Positions 48,188-58,771 of a stretch of DNA of 64,000 bases are shown one piece after another. Each line of letters opens with the position of its first letter. The stretch's first letter is position 1. This DNA is from an uncultured Alphaproteobacteria bacterium (GTDB taxonomy: Bacteria > Pseudomonadota > Alphaproteobacteria > Methylaequorales > Methylaequoraceae), in assembly GCA_902550225.1 (NCBI GenBank), contig CACCYL010000006.1, positions 905 through 64,904 on the forward strand, written 5' to 3'. The notes beneath the pieces are model-generated. The model was not told the DNA's origin. It was given only the letters and a program-made list of their open reading frames with translations, and searched no databases. The translations under genes and the position numbers were made by a program.

Positions 48188-51100
48188 CTAATCTTTATCT
48201 ATAATTTTAAAAAAAAATGGAGTGAAGAATAGGGTTAGAATTATTGAGAAAATTATACCCGTAACTAAAACTATTCCAATTGTAAGTCTAGATTCATATC
48301 CCGCTCCTGATCCAATAAGAAGTGGGGCTATCCCAATTACAGTTGAAAAGCCTGTCATTATTATTGGTCTAAATCTCATTTTGCATGCATCAATTATGGA
48401 GTTGTATGAATTTTCCCCCTTTATTTTCATCTGCCTGGCAAACTCAACAATTAAAATACCGTTTTTAGCTGAAATACCAATTAGAATTATTAATCCAATT
48501 TGACTAAAGATATTTAATGAATTTTCAAAAAGGATAATTGCTGCAAGTGGTGCCATTAATGTCAATGGAACTGATAACATGATTATTAGTGGAAATTTAA
48601 AACTCTCAAACTGTGCACATAAAACTAGATATACAAATAAAATTGAAACTAAAAATAAAAAGTAAAATTGATTCATCGATTTTTTGTATTCTTTACTTTG
48701 CCCTTTAAAATCAATTTTGTAATTTCCTTTAAGTTTGTCCTTTGAGATTTTTTCAAGATATTCAATTGCTTCTCCTAGCGAATATCCTTTTTTGAGTCCT
48801 GCGCTAAGAGTGATTGACCTCATTTTATTGTATCTATTTAACTCTTTTGCTTCAGTCACTTCCTTAAATTCCAATAAATTATCTAACCTTATATATCTAC
48901 CGTCTAAATTTTTTACTTCAAATGCGCCTATGTCTTTTATATTCTTTCTATTCTCTTTTTTTGATTGAACAATAACATAATATTCCTCTCCATTTTCTAT
49001 GAAAGTATTAATTTTCCTCCCTGCAAGAAGTATTTCAAGAGTCCTTCCAATCTCACTATTCGTTACTTTAAGATCAGAGGACTTATTTCTATCAATTTTT
49101 ACTCTTAGTTGAGGTCTATTCTTTTTGTAGTCAATTCTAGTAAAAAGAAAGTTTTTATTAGTTTTTAACTCATCTAAGATAATACTCATATTTTTATTTA
49201 TGTCTGAATAGTTATCACCAGATATTACAAATTGAAGTTGTTGGCCTGACCTTCTTTGTCCTAAGCCTCTTGGAGGAAAAATTATTACATTTGAGTCTGT
49301 TACATCTTTAGAAACCATCCTGAAATCCTTTATTATTTCCCAAATTTTTCTGCGTTCATCCCAGTGATTCAGTACTATAATTCCTAAACCATCACTAAAG
49401 TTTTCTGTGCCTGAAAAACTTCTAGGGACTCTTAATAAAATTCTTTTTGCTTCATTGTTTTCATTTAAATCGATTAATTTTTCTTCCAGCTTTAGCATTT
49501 GATTAACAGTGTTTTCAAAAGTACTACCTTCTGGGGATTCCATCACCATTATAAAAACCCCCCTATCTTCTTGGGGAGCAAATTCTTTGGAGATTTTTTT
49601 ATAGAGATGATAGGAAATAAAGATCATCGGAATAATTATTAATACATAAATAAATTTATTTTTAAGAAAAAATTTTAATAATTTTAAATAAATCTCCAAA
49701 AAAGGTTTAGATTGTTTTTTCTGTTTTGAATGATTCAAAATTTTTGAACATAGCATTGGTGTTAGCGTTATTGATATTATTGTAGAAAAAAAAACTGCAG
49801 AAATAATGGTTACCGACAATTCTAGAAATAACTTTGCGGTGTCTCCCTCTAAAAAAATAATTGGCATAAAAATACTAATTAAAACAACAGATGTTGATAA
49901 TATTGCAAATAATACCTCCTTTGAACCATTAATTGATGCTTGAAATTTAGATTGACCTTCTTCAACTTTTTTGTGGATATTTTCAAGCATTACAATTGAA
50001 TCATCAATTACCAACCCAGTGCATAAAACCAGTGCCAGTAGTGTAATTAAATTTAAAGAAAAACCGAAAAAATTTAGAAAAATAAAGGTTGATACAATTG
50101 AAATTGGAACTGTAACAACTGGAATCAATGTACTTTTTATATTTTTAAGAAATACTAAAATTATTATTGTTACCAAAAACATTGCAAAACAAAGTGTAAA
50201 TATTACTTCCTGGAGTGCTTCAGATACAAAAAGAGAAGTATCGTAGCTTTGGTAAATTTTTATATTTTTTGGAAGTTCACTTTTAATTTTTTCAAATTCG
50301 TCTTTAATCTTGTCTGTTACATCTATCAGGTTTGCAGATTTTTGTTTTAAAATACCAAGTCCAATCATTTCCTCTGCATTGCCTCTAAAAATTTGCCTGG
50401 TTTCTTCTGGACCTATTTCAATTTTAGCAACGTCACTAAGACGTACGAATGAAAAATCATCCACTTTTTTTATAACTAAATTTCTAAAGTCATTTGCTGT
50501 TTTGTAGCCGCTCTCTAGTTTGACGGTATAATCTCTAAATTTAGATTCTATTCTTCCAGCAGGAATTTCAACATTTTCACTAAGTATTTTTTGTTCAATT
50601 TCATTCACTGAAATACTGTATTGAGACAGTTTTACTGGATCGACCCAAACTCTCAGAGATTTTTTTTTCCCACCTGATATTCTAACTTTCGCAACACCAG
50701 GAATTACTGAAAGTCTATCAATTAAAAACCTTTCAGCATAGTCAGTTAGTTCAAGTTGATTTATATCGTTAGATGTCAAATTCAGCCACATTATCGCATT
50801 TGCATCCGAATCAATTTTGGAAATCTCTGGGGGATCTGAATCTTTTGGAAGATTGTCTGAGATTCTTGCAACTGCATCTCTTACATCATTTGCTGCTTCA
50901 TTAATTTCCTTATCAATTTTAAATTCAATTGTTACTTTTGATCTCCCATCTCTACTAACGGAGGAAATAGATTCAATACCATCAATACCACTAATCTGCC
51001 CTTCTATTATTTCAGTTATTTTTGTTTCTATGATTTCAGATGCTGCACCTGAATATAGAGTGTCTATAGTTATCTCAGATCTTTCTATATCTGGGAATTG

Positions 51101-51205
51101 TCTAAGAGGGAGTTCTTTTAATGATATAAATCCGAGTATAACAAGAAAAATTGCTAGAACTGAGCAGAATACTGGTTTTTTAATAAAAAACTCTGAAGGG
51201 TTCAT
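48188..51205 (-). CDS. RND efflux transporter permease (AcrB/HAE1-like)
   Basis: 1005 aa, 12-TM two-lobe architecture. N-terminus NPSEFFIKKPVF... Confidence 0.92.
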   Translation of the reverse strand: MNPSEFFIKKPVFCSVLAIFLVILGFISLKELPLRQFPDIERSEITIDTLYSGAASEIIETKITEIIEGQISGIDGIESISSVSRDGRSKVTIEFKIDKEINEAANDVRDAVARISDNLPKDSDPPEISKIDSDANAIMWLNLTSNDINQLELTDYAERFLIDRLSVIPGVAKVRISGGKKKSLRVWVDPVKLSQYSISVNEIEQKILSENVEIPAGRIESKFRDYTVKLESGYKTANDFRNLVIKKVDDFSFVRLSDVAKIEIGPEETRQIFRGNAEEMIGLGILKQKSANLIDVTDKIKDEFEKIKSELPKNIKIYQSYDTSLFVSEALQEVIFTLCFAMFLVTIIILVFLKNIKSTLIPVVTVPISIVSTFIFLNFFGFSLNLITLLALVLCTGLVIDDSIVMLENIHKKVEEGQSKFQASINGSKEVLFAILSTSVVLISIFMPIIFLEGDTAKLFLELSVTIISAVFFSTIISITLTPMLCSKILNHSKQKKQSKPFLEIYLKLLKFFLKNKFIYVLIIIPMIFISYHLYKKISKEFAPQEDRGVFIMVMESPEGSTFENTVNQMLKLEEKLIDLNENNEAKRILLRVPRSFSGTENFSDGLGIIVLNHWDERRKIWEIIKDFRMVSKDVTDSNVIIFPPRGLGQRRSGQQLQFVISGDNYSDINKNMSIILDELKTNKNFLFTRIDYKKNRPQLRVKIDRNKSSDLKVTNSEIGRTLEILLAGRKINTFIENGEEYYVIVQSKKENRKNIKDIGAFEVKNLDGRYIRLDNLLEFKEVTEAKELNRYNKMRSITLSAGLKKGYSLGEAIEYLEKISKDKLKGNYKIDFKGQSKEYKKSMNQFYFLFLVSILFVYLVLCAQFESFKFPLIIMLSVPLTLMAPLAAIILFENSLNIFSQIGLIILIGISAKNGILIVEFARQMKIKGENSYNSIIDACKMRFRPIIMTGFSTVIGIAPLLIGSGAGYESRLTIGIVLVTGIIFSIILTLFFTPFFFKIIDKD

Positions 51206-52203
51206 TTTATTGTTACCACGGATCCTTCTTGTATTTTATTTATTCCTTCGAAAACAACAACATCATTGGATTTAAGTCCTTCAATAATTTCAACCATACC
51301 GTCATTTCTAATTCCCAATTCTACTTTTTTTTTAACTATCTTGTTATCCTTATTAACAAGAAAAACATAAGAAATATCATCCTCATTAATAATTGAATTT
51401 TCTCTTATGACATATGATTTTCTTTCATCTAAAGGAATTTTTAAATTTACCATCATTCCAGGTTTTATTTTATTTTCTGGATTTTTGATTTTACCTAGAA
51501 CTTTGAATGACCTCGTATTTTTGTCGATTATCGGATCAATTACATAAATGTTCCCACTTGTATTTTTTGGGATATTGTTACTCTTTTCAAGTACGAAAAA
51601 ATCACCTTTTTGAATTTTATTGGAAAAACTTTCAGGTACGTAAACTTGAATTTTTAGGGTTTTTATATCATGCAACTCGGTTATAATATCACCTGGTTTA
51701 ACAAATGAACCTTCACTAAAGTTTCTAATACCTGTGACTCCGTCAAACGGTGCCGTAATCTTATGATCTTCAAGTTGGGCTGTAATTTCATTAATTTTTC
51801 CTGATAACTTTTTTTTTTTCATAAGCCTATTATCTAACGCAGATTGAGAAATATTTCCTTTTTCAGATAGTTTAAGTGCTCTGTTATAATTTATATTAGC
51901 CTCTTCCAGCTCTGCATTTACTTGATTCAGAATAGCTTTTTCTTCATTATCCAACAGTTCGATTAATAGTTGATTTTTTTTTACAAACATACCTTCTTCG
52001 AATAATATTTTGTCAATTTTTTCAGACACTACGCTTGTTATCTTTACACTCTCATTAGCTAAGACCGAACCAGGAAGTTCTAAAGTATCAGATATCTGTT
52101 CTACTTTAGGCTCTTGAGCGCCTACAATAATTTGATTTTGAGCGATGGCATTATTTAACAGAATCACACTAAGAGCTAGTAGTTTAAATAAATGTAAGGT
52201 CAT
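51202..52203 (-). CDS. RND efflux periplasmic adaptor (membrane fusion protein)
   Basis: Signal peptide, lipoyl/coiled-coil/beta-barrel MFP layout. ATGA overlap with the permease. Confidence 0.88.
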   Translation of the reverse strand: MTLHLFKLLALSVILLNNAIAQNQIIVGAQEPKVEQISDTLELPGSVLANESVKITSVVSEKIDKILFEEGMFVKKNQLLIELLDNEEKAILNQVNAELEEANINYNRALKLSEKGNISQSALDNRLMKKKKLSGKINEITAQLEDHKITAPFDGVTGIRNFSEGSFVKPGDIITELHDIKTLKIQVYVPESFSNKIQKGDFFVLEKSNNIPKNTSGNIYVIDPIIDKNTRSFKVLGKIKNPENKIKPGMMVNLKIPLDERKSYVIRENSIINEDDISYVFLVNKDNKIVKKKVELGIRNDGMVEIIEGLKSNDVVVFEGINKIQEGSVVTIK

Positions 52204-52850
52204 AATTTCCTGAGGTCATCAATAATGTTCTTATATTTTTTAGAATTAAAAATTGTAGACCCTGAAACTAAAACATTTGCTCCTGCATTTATTGCTTCTC
52301 TACCTGTATCTAGATTAATTCCACCATCAACCTCAAGTTCAACTTGTCTGTTTCCTATCATTTCTTTTATAGTAGATATTTTTTGTAACTGATTATGCAT
52401 GAAGCTTTGTCCTCCAAAACCTGGTTCAACAGTCATAACTAATATTAAATCTATATGATCTAGGTATTTTTCAAGTAATTTTGCAGATGTTTTTGGTTTA
52501 ATAGAAATACCCACTTTTTTATTTAATTTTTTGATTAATAAAATTGTATCCATTACGTTTTCATTTATTTCCTGATGAATAGTGATTATGTCTGACCCAG
52601 CATTTGCAAATTCTGGTATATATTTTTTTACAGGATCAATCATTAAGTGAACGTCAAATTTTTTTTTGGTAAAGTGTCTGATTGATTTAATAACATCTGG
52701 CCCTATAGTCAGGTTTGGTACAAAATGACCGTCCATAACATCAATGTGTATGTAATCACAATTTGTTTTGTCTAAATCAGATATTTCTTTACCAAGTTTT
52801 GAAAAATCAGCGGAAAGAATTGATGGTGCAATTTTCACCCTTTGAATCAT
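52200..52850 (-). CDS. rpe: ribulose-phosphate 3-epimerase
   Basis: IAPSILSADF, HIDVMDGHFVPN, VMTVEPGFGGQ, VDGGI. Confidence 0.95.
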   Translation of the reverse strand: MIQRVKIAPSILSADFSKLGKEISDLDKTNCDYIHIDVMDGHFVPNLTIGPDVIKSIRHFTKKKFDVHLMIDPVKKYIPEFANAGSDIITIHQEINENVMDTILLIKKLNKKVGISIKPKTSAKLLEKYLDHIDLILVMTVEPGFGGQSFMHNQLQKISTIKEMIGNRQVELEVDGGINLDTGREAINAGANVLVSGSTIFNSKKYKNIIDDLRKL

Positions 52851-52852
52851 GT

Positions 52853-53878
52853 TTAAATGTTCTCTAGACCTATTGAATACTTACCTAAGGTTGCACTAGA
52901 ATTTAAATTACTTCTTTTGTAAAGTGCATCTTGAGAAGTTTTAATATTTTGACTTTCTCCTTTCCATGATGTCAATGCGGGTTGTTGCAGAGCTCTCCCG
53001 TAGGAAAAACTTAAATTCCAAGAAAAAGTATCAGAGGATTTATTCATTTGATTAAGATGTTGTGTTGCTAATTCATTCGACTGTCCTCCCGATAAAAAAA
53101 CTATACCTGGAACTTGGTCTGGTACAGTTTCGTTTAAACATTTAATAGTTTGGGACGCTACCTCTTCAACAGAAGCTTGTTCAGAGCACTTTTTGCCAGC
53201 AACAACCATGTTGGGTTTAAGGAGTATGCCACTTAAGTCAACATCGTGAAACTTAAGATAATTAAATAGACTTTTAAGTGTTTTTGAGGTTATGTTGTAG
53301 CATTTTTGAATATTATGATTCCCGTCCATCAATACTTCTGGTTCTACAATTGGAACTAAACCATGATCTTGTACGACCTTTGCATACCTTGCTAAATTAA
53401 AACAATTCAAGTCTATAGCATAATCTGATGGAATCGAGTTTTTTTCATCGATATCAATGATTGCTCTCCATTTAGTAAAAACTGCTCCTAATTTTTTATA
53501 TTCTTCTATTCTTTTAGCTAAACCGTCAAGGCCTTCAGTAATTTTTTCATGAGAGTTGAAACTCAAAGGAAAAGCTCCGGTATCAACTTTTATTCCAACC
53601 AAAATTCCTAAATTTTTAAGAAATTCACTAAAAGGTATTCCTTCACTCGTTGATTGACGAATTGTTTCATCATATAAAATAATTCCACTGATAAATTTCT
53701 TTAAATCATTTGTTTTAAAGAGTAATTCTCTATATTTTCTTCTGTTTTCAAATGAAGAATCAACATTGATACTATCAAATCTTTTGGTAATTGTGTTGGT
53801 GCTCTCGTCAGCAGCCAAAATACCTTTTGGAGGTTCTGAAAGGGTAATAGCTATTTTATTTAAATTATTATCGTTCAT
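52853..53878 (-). CDS. class I fructose-bisphosphate aldolase
   Basis: GILAADES, LLKPNMV (Schiff-base Lys), FLSGGQ and SFSYGRALQ motifs. Confidence 0.92.
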   Translation of the reverse strand: MNDNNLNKIAITLSEPPKGILAADESTNTITKRFDSINVDSSFENRRKYRELLFKTNDLKKFISGIILYDETIRQSTSEGIPFSEFLKNLGILVGIKVDTGAFPLSFNSHEKITEGLDGLAKRIEEYKKLGAVFTKWRAIIDIDEKNSIPSDYAIDLNCFNLARYAKVVQDHGLVPIVEPEVLMDGNHNIQKCYNITSKTLKSLFNYLKFHDVDLSGILLKPNMVVAGKKCSEQASVEEVASQTIKCLNETVPDQVPGIVFLSGGQSNELATQHLNQMNKSSDTFSWNLSFSYGRALQQPALTSWKGESQNIKTSQDALYKRSNLNSSATLGKYSIGLENI

Positions 53879-53882
53879 AATT

Positions 53883-55076
53883 TCAATGGTTTAAACTTGT
53901 AAGTCCTGGCATTGACGCACCTTGCACAAATTCTAAAAAGGCTCCTCCACCTGTTGAAACAAATGAAAAATCATTAAAACAATTAACTTTATTCAAAATT
54001 GATATAGTATCACCTCCACCAGCCACAGAAAAGAAATTTTTATTTTTATTAGATCTTACTGCTCCTAGAACATAATCTGTGCCTTCATCAAATGGTTTTT
54101 GTTCAAAAAGTCCAAGAGGACCATTCCATAATAAAGTATTAGTTTTTAATATTTCGTTATAAAAAAGCATTCTGGATTGGGGACCAATATCAACGATCAT
54201 GTCATTATCATCAATTTTTTCGACCAGTTTTACTTTAGGTGATGTCTTGAATTTTTTGTCTGTAACAATAACATCAGTTGGCAATAAAATTTTTTCTCTA
54301 AACTCCTTTATTAAATTATCACAAAACTGAGTCATTCGCTTTTCATGTAAAGACTTTCCAATATCAATGCCTTTAGCGTATAAAATTGTATTGGCCATTG
54401 CACCACCAACTAATACTTTTGAAAATTTCTTTGCATAAAATTCTATAAGTTTAATTTTTGTTGAAATCTTAGAACCGCCAAATACAGCAACTCCCTCATT
54501 TTCATTTTTAACTAGGAATAGATTTTTTAGATTTAAAATCTCGTTTTCAAGAAGCTTTCCAGGAAAAGACGGAAGGAATTTCGGAACTCCTGAAATAGAT
54601 GCATGAGCTCTATGACTGCAAGAAAAACATTCATTGATAAAAATATCAGCAAATGAGGATAATTTCTTTACAAAGTTTACTTCATTTTTCTCTTCTTCAG
54701 GATAAAACCTGATATTTTCAAGCAAAATTAAATCATGAACTTTAAATTTTTCATTGATATCTTGCCTTTTAACACTTTTAACATTGTTTTTAAAAAAAAA
54801 GACCTTTTTTTCAATGAGCAATTCAATTTCTTTAACCAGAGTATTCAGAGAAAGATCTTCATTCCATTCGCCTTTTGGTCTTCCAAGGTGAGTAACAATA
54901 ATAATTTTGGCTTTTTGTTCTAGAAGCTTTAAAATTGTAGGAACTATTTTGGATATTCTTGTTGAATCAGTAATTTTGCCGCCACTTATTGGTACATTTA
55001 AGTCGACTCTTATCATAACCGTTTTGTTGAAAACAAAATTATAAGAGTCCGAGAATTTTTTCTTAAGAGTAATCAT
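53883..55076 (-). CDS. pgk: phosphoglycerate kinase
   Basis: VRVDLNVP, FENIRF-type (LENIRFYPEE), STGGGA. Confidence 0.94.
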   Translation of the reverse strand: MITLKKKFSDSYNFVFNKTVMIRVDLNVPISGGKITDSTRISKIVPTILKLLEQKAKIIIVTHLGRPKGEWNEDLSLNTLVKEIELLIEKKVFFFKNNVKSVKRQDINEKFKVHDLILLENIRFYPEEEKNEVNFVKKLSSFADIFINECFSCSHRAHASISGVPKFLPSFPGKLLENEILNLKNLFLVKNENEGVAVFGGSKISTKIKLIEFYAKKFSKVLVGGAMANTILYAKGIDIGKSLHEKRMTQFCDNLIKEFREKILLPTDVIVTDKKFKTSPKVKLVEKIDDNDMIVDIGPQSRMLFYNEILKTNTLLWNGPLGLFEQKPFDEGTDYVLGAVRSNKNKNFFSVAGGGDTISILNKVNCFNDFSFVSTGGGAFLEFVQGASMPGLTSLNH

Positions 55077-57037
55077 AGTTTTATTTTTGCCAAAATTTTA
55101 TTTACTATTTTTTCGGTTGTTAATCCAAAATAATCAAATAAGTCCTTTGCTTTACCAGATTCTCCAAATTTATCTATTCCAAAAATTAAGTCATTTTCCC
55201 TTACAAATTTGTACCAACTTTGAGTACTTGATGCTTCTATTATAACTCTTGTTTGGTTTCCAAGAACCTTTTCTTTATATTTTTTATCTTGTTGATCAAA
55301 TAAATCTAAACAAGGGATAGAAACCAAATTTGATTTAATTTTTTTCTTAAGTAAATAGTTTTGAATTTCGTATCCCAAAGAAACTTCAGAACCGGTTGCA
55401 ATCAAAGAAATTTCGTTATTTTTTTGCTCCTCTAAAATATATCCACCTTTCAAAGACAAATTATTTTTAAACTTTTGTCTTAGTAAAGGAAGATTCTGCC
55501 TTGATAAAGCAAGGACTGTAGGAGTGCTATTAGAATTAAGTGCTATTTCCCAAGCTTCAAATGTCTCAATTGCATCACATGGTCGAAAGACATTAAGATT
55601 TGGAATTGCCCTTAATCCTGGTAAGTGTTCAACAGGTTGATGTGTCGGCCCATCTTCGCCAAGACCAATTGAATCATGTGTAAACACATATATAACTTGT
55701 TGTTTCATCATAGCTGAAAGACGAATTGAATTTTTACAATAGTCTGAGAAAACTAAAAATGTTCCTCCATATGGAATAAATCCTCCATGAACAGCTAAAC
55801 CATTCATCGCTCCAGACATTAAGTGTTCTCTAACACCATAGTGGATATAATTTATATTTTTTCCATACAAATTTGATGAAGAAATTTTTGTGAGATTAGA
55901 TCCCGTTAGATCAGCAGAACCACCAATAAGATTTTCAAACTTCTTATTAAAAAATTCTAGCGTGTTTTGTGAAGATTTTCTAGTTGCTTCATTTTTAATA
56001 TTTTTTGAAATATTTTTTAAAAATAAAAGAGAATCCTTGGATCTTTCAAATTTTCTTTTCTTCATTTGTTTAAGAAGATCTTTTCGAAGGTGTGAATTTT
56101 TTAATCGAATTTCCCAATTCTTTCTATTTTTTTTGCCTTTTGTCTTTAGACTTCTCCAACTATTTAGAATTTTTTCTGGAACTACAAAACTTTTTTCTAT
56201 TAAATTCAGGTTTTCTTTCGTAAGTTTTGCTTCGATACTTCCAAGTGGAGCTCCATGAGAACTTTCTTTTCCAGATTTATTTGGGGAACCATAACCAATA
56301 ACTGTTTTGCAGCAAATAAGAGTTGGTTTGGAAGATTTTGTTGCTTGTTTAAAAGCATTATTTATTTCGCTAAAATTGTGACCATCTATCTTCATTGTAT
56401 TCCAATTACTAGCTCTGAATCTTTTTTCTTGATCGTCTGAACAAGTTATATCAGTGGAACCGTCAATAGAAATTTTATTGTCATCAAATAGAACTATCAA
56501 TTTATTTAACTTATTGTGTCCTGCAAATGAAATTGCTTCCTGTGAAATTCCCTCCATCAAGCAACCATCACCGACAATAACCCAAGTTTTATGATCAACT
56601 AATTTACCATATTTTTTATTTAAAATTTTTTCTGCTAGAGCCATGCCAACACCGTTAGCTAATCCTTGTCCAAGTGGACCAGTTGTAGTTTCAATGCTTT
56701 TTAATAAACCGTACTCAGGATGACCGGCGGTTTTGCTACCAAGTTGTCTAAAACTTTTTAATTGATTAAGACTGCAATCTTTATAACCAACTAAATATGA
56801 AAGAGCATAAAGTAGCATTGACCCATGACCTGCGGATAATACAAATCTATCTCTGTTTAACCAGTCAGGGTTATGTGGATCAAATTTAAGATATTTTGAA
56901 AATAAAACCGTGGCTACATCTGACATTCCAAGGGGCATTCCGGGATGACCAGAATTTGCTCTCTCTACTGCGTCTATAGAGAGACCTCTAATTGCATTAG
57001 ACATATATTGTAATTTTTCTTGTTCCAATTTATTCAT
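55073..57037 (-). CDS. tkt: transketolase
   Basis: SGHPG, GDGCLMEG (ThDP motif), THDSIGLGEDGPTHQP. Confidence 0.96.
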   Translation of the reverse strand: MNKLEQEKLQYMSNAIRGLSIDAVERANSGHPGMPLGMSDVATVLFSKYLKFDPHNPDWLNRDRFVLSAGHGSMLLYALSYLVGYKDCSLNQLKSFRQLGSKTAGHPEYGLLKSIETTTGPLGQGLANGVGMALAEKILNKKYGKLVDHKTWVIVGDGCLMEGISQEAISFAGHNKLNKLIVLFDDNKISIDGSTDITCSDDQEKRFRASNWNTMKIDGHNFSEINNAFKQATKSSKPTLICCKTVIGYGSPNKSGKESSHGAPLGSIEAKLTKENLNLIEKSFVVPEKILNSWRSLKTKGKKNRKNWEIRLKNSHLRKDLLKQMKKRKFERSKDSLLFLKNISKNIKNEATRKSSQNTLEFFNKKFENLIGGSADLTGSNLTKISSSNLYGKNINYIHYGVREHLMSGAMNGLAVHGGFIPYGGTFLVFSDYCKNSIRLSAMMKQQVIYVFTHDSIGLGEDGPTHQPVEHLPGLRAIPNLNVFRPCDAIETFEAWEIALNSNSTPTVLALSRQNLPLLRQKFKNNLSLKGGYILEEQKNNEISLIATGSEVSLGYEIQNYLLKKKIKSNLVSIPCLDLFDQQDKKYKEKVLGNQTRVIIEASSTQSWYKFVRENDLIFGIDKFGESGKAKDLFDYFGLTTEKIVNKILAKIKL

Positions 57038-57038
57038 T

Positions 57039-58025
57039 TTATTTTTTTATTATAAATCTTCCAAATGCTCTTGGCCCTCCAGAGGTTTCTATTTTTTTTT
57101 TTACACTAAAATCGTTTAAATTTATTAAAATAATATTGTCTTCAAACCAACACGCAACAACAATTAAATTTTGAGTGTAACTTATATCAATACCCTCAGG
57201 ATATTCGCAAACATCAACCAATGTTTTTACATTTTCTATTTTGTCCATGTTAATTATCGAGATACTGTCATCTCTTTGGTTTGTGATGTATAAATTATTA
57301 TTTTTTTTATCGTGAACTGCAGAATATGGCCACTTACCGACTTTTATATTCTTTAGCAAATTAAAACCCTTTTTTTCAATAATTGATACAGAACTGGATT
57401 GAACATTTGTGACTACAATATAGTCTAGATAATCCTCTGAATAAACTCCAAATGGTGAATTCTCAACATTTAAAGATTTTAAAACTTCAAAATTTTCTGT
57501 GTCAATTAACGAAACATTATTACTTTCCCTATTTGCAACATAAAGTTTTTGATTTTTTTTATCAAAATAAATGCCAGCTGGTGATTGCCCCACCTTAATT
57601 TCATGTTTTTTTTTCTTGGTCACAAAATCTATTACTGAGATAACATCATCATACCAATTAGATACGAAAATGTTATTTTTTGAACTATCAAATGAAATAC
57701 CAAGTGGACTGTTCCCAGCTTCAATAAAAAAATGTGATTCATCATATAGATCTAAAACTGAAATATTATTACTATCAGGATTTGAAACAAAAATTTTTCT
57801 TGACCCTGAATCAATAAATATTGCAGCGGGTTTCTTCCCCAACTTTATCTCTTTAATTTTTTCTTGAATTGTTAAATCAATTACATCTAGCTTATTACTT
57901 TCTTGATTTGTAATAAACGCTAGTTCTTTTGGGATCAGGGGGCTGAAACAAAAAAAAATTAATGAATAAAGAATAAATTTAATTTTTTTCAATAATTTTT
58001 TTAAGTCCATTAAGATTTTCAACAA
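57039..58025 (-). CDS. exported YVTN-type beta-propeller repeat protein
   Basis: Signal peptide and repeated blocks of the form P.GI.FD...LYV.N...N.VSVID. Confidence 0.72.
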   Translation of the reverse strand: MLKILMDLKKLLKKIKFILYSLIFFCFSPLIPKELAFITNQESNKLDVIDLTIQEKIKEIKLGKKPAAIFIDSGSRKIFVSNPDSNNISVLDLYDESHFFIEAGNSPLGISFDSSKNNIFVSNWYDDVISVIDFVTKKKKHEIKVGQSPAGIYFDKKNQKLYVANRESNNVSLIDTENFEVLKSLNVENSPFGVYSEDYLDYIVVTNVQSSSVSIIEKKGFNLLKNIKVGKWPYSAVHDKKNNNLYITNQRDDSISIINMDKIENVKTLVDVCEYPEGIDISYTQNLIVVACWFEDNIILINLNDFSVKKKIETSGGPRAFGRFIIKK

Positions 58026-58506
58026 TAAAGATTTTTACTTTTTTCTTTGAATTTTCGTCATTAAGCTCCGATGGAGGATCATTACCCATGAACCCCCTGT
58101 AAAATCCACTCTTATAGGTGACTTTAGTTTTGTTATCGGTTTGTTTAACAAAAATTTTTGCAGAGTAACTGTTTACGGGTAGAACTTTATTGTCAGTTTC
58201 TATAATTCTCCAATTAACCATCATTTTACTTTCATCTATTTTTTCAAGTTTCTGTTTAATACTTTCACCTGATTTGAAAAAAATGGTTCTCTCTGCACCA
58301 ACATCATTTGAGCTTGCACTTGTTTTTTCTACACTCTTATTCCAATTAAAGTTGTTAAAATCACTGACAATTTTCCATACTTCATCTGAAGAAGCATTAA
58401 TCTCGATGGATTCTGAAACTTTTTGCCTAGAAGGACCATGACCATTAGCAGGTGTTGAGAGCAATAGAATGACAAAAAGAATTGTTGAGTTTTTCAAATA
58501 TGACAT
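57979..58506 (-). CDS. exported SRPBCC (START/polyketide-cyclase-like) family protein
   Basis: Signal peptide. About 150-aa helix-grip-like region (VWKIVSDFNNF..W...V). Assignment is tentative. Confidence 0.55.
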   Translation of the reverse strand: MSYLKNSTILFVILLLSTPANGHGPSRQKVSESIEINASSDEVWKIVSDFNNFNWNKSVEKTSASSNDVGAERTIFFKSGESIKQKLEKIDESKMMVNWRIIETDNKVLPVNSYSAKIFVKQTDNKTKVTYKSGFYRGFMGNDPPSELNDENSKKKVKIFIVENLNGLKKIIEKN

Positions 58507-58522
58507 AATTAATCCTCTTAAA

Positions 58523-58717
58523 TTATAAAACCTTAAACTTATTTTTATCTTCTAAAACTGATAATGCAACTAAGATTTCCGAATTTTCGTCATTTATTTC
58601 TGCTATGACAGCGTGAATTACTCCAGAAATTGTTTTTAATCTCTTAACTTTATATTGAGTTCTATTGAATTTACGTTCTGAAACTTTCTGAACTATTTTA
58701 TTTAGTACAAAATCCAT
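58523..58717 (-). CDS. hypothetical protein (64 aa)
   Basis: First ORF of the minus-strand string, opposite the MMPL gene. No motif recognised. Confidence 0.35.
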   Translation of the reverse strand: MDFVLNKIVQKVSERKFNRTQYKVKRLKTISGVIHAVIAEINDENSEILVALSVLEDKNKFKVL

Positions 58718-58771
58718 AAAAAAATATGCTAACTTGTTTACATTAATTAATAGTATAATTGATAATTTACA

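Noticed and set aside
50817-51275. 152-aa plus-strand ORF across the RND permease/adaptor junction
   Set aside because: It lies antisense to the RND N-terminus and is Ser/Ile-rich with no motif. Shadow ORF.
52853-53878. Eukaryote-type class I fructose-bisphosphate aldolase as a sign of unusual horizontal transfer
   Set aside because: Class I aldolases of this type are widespread in proteobacteria. The gene's composition and its operon embedding (pgk-fba-rpe) look native.
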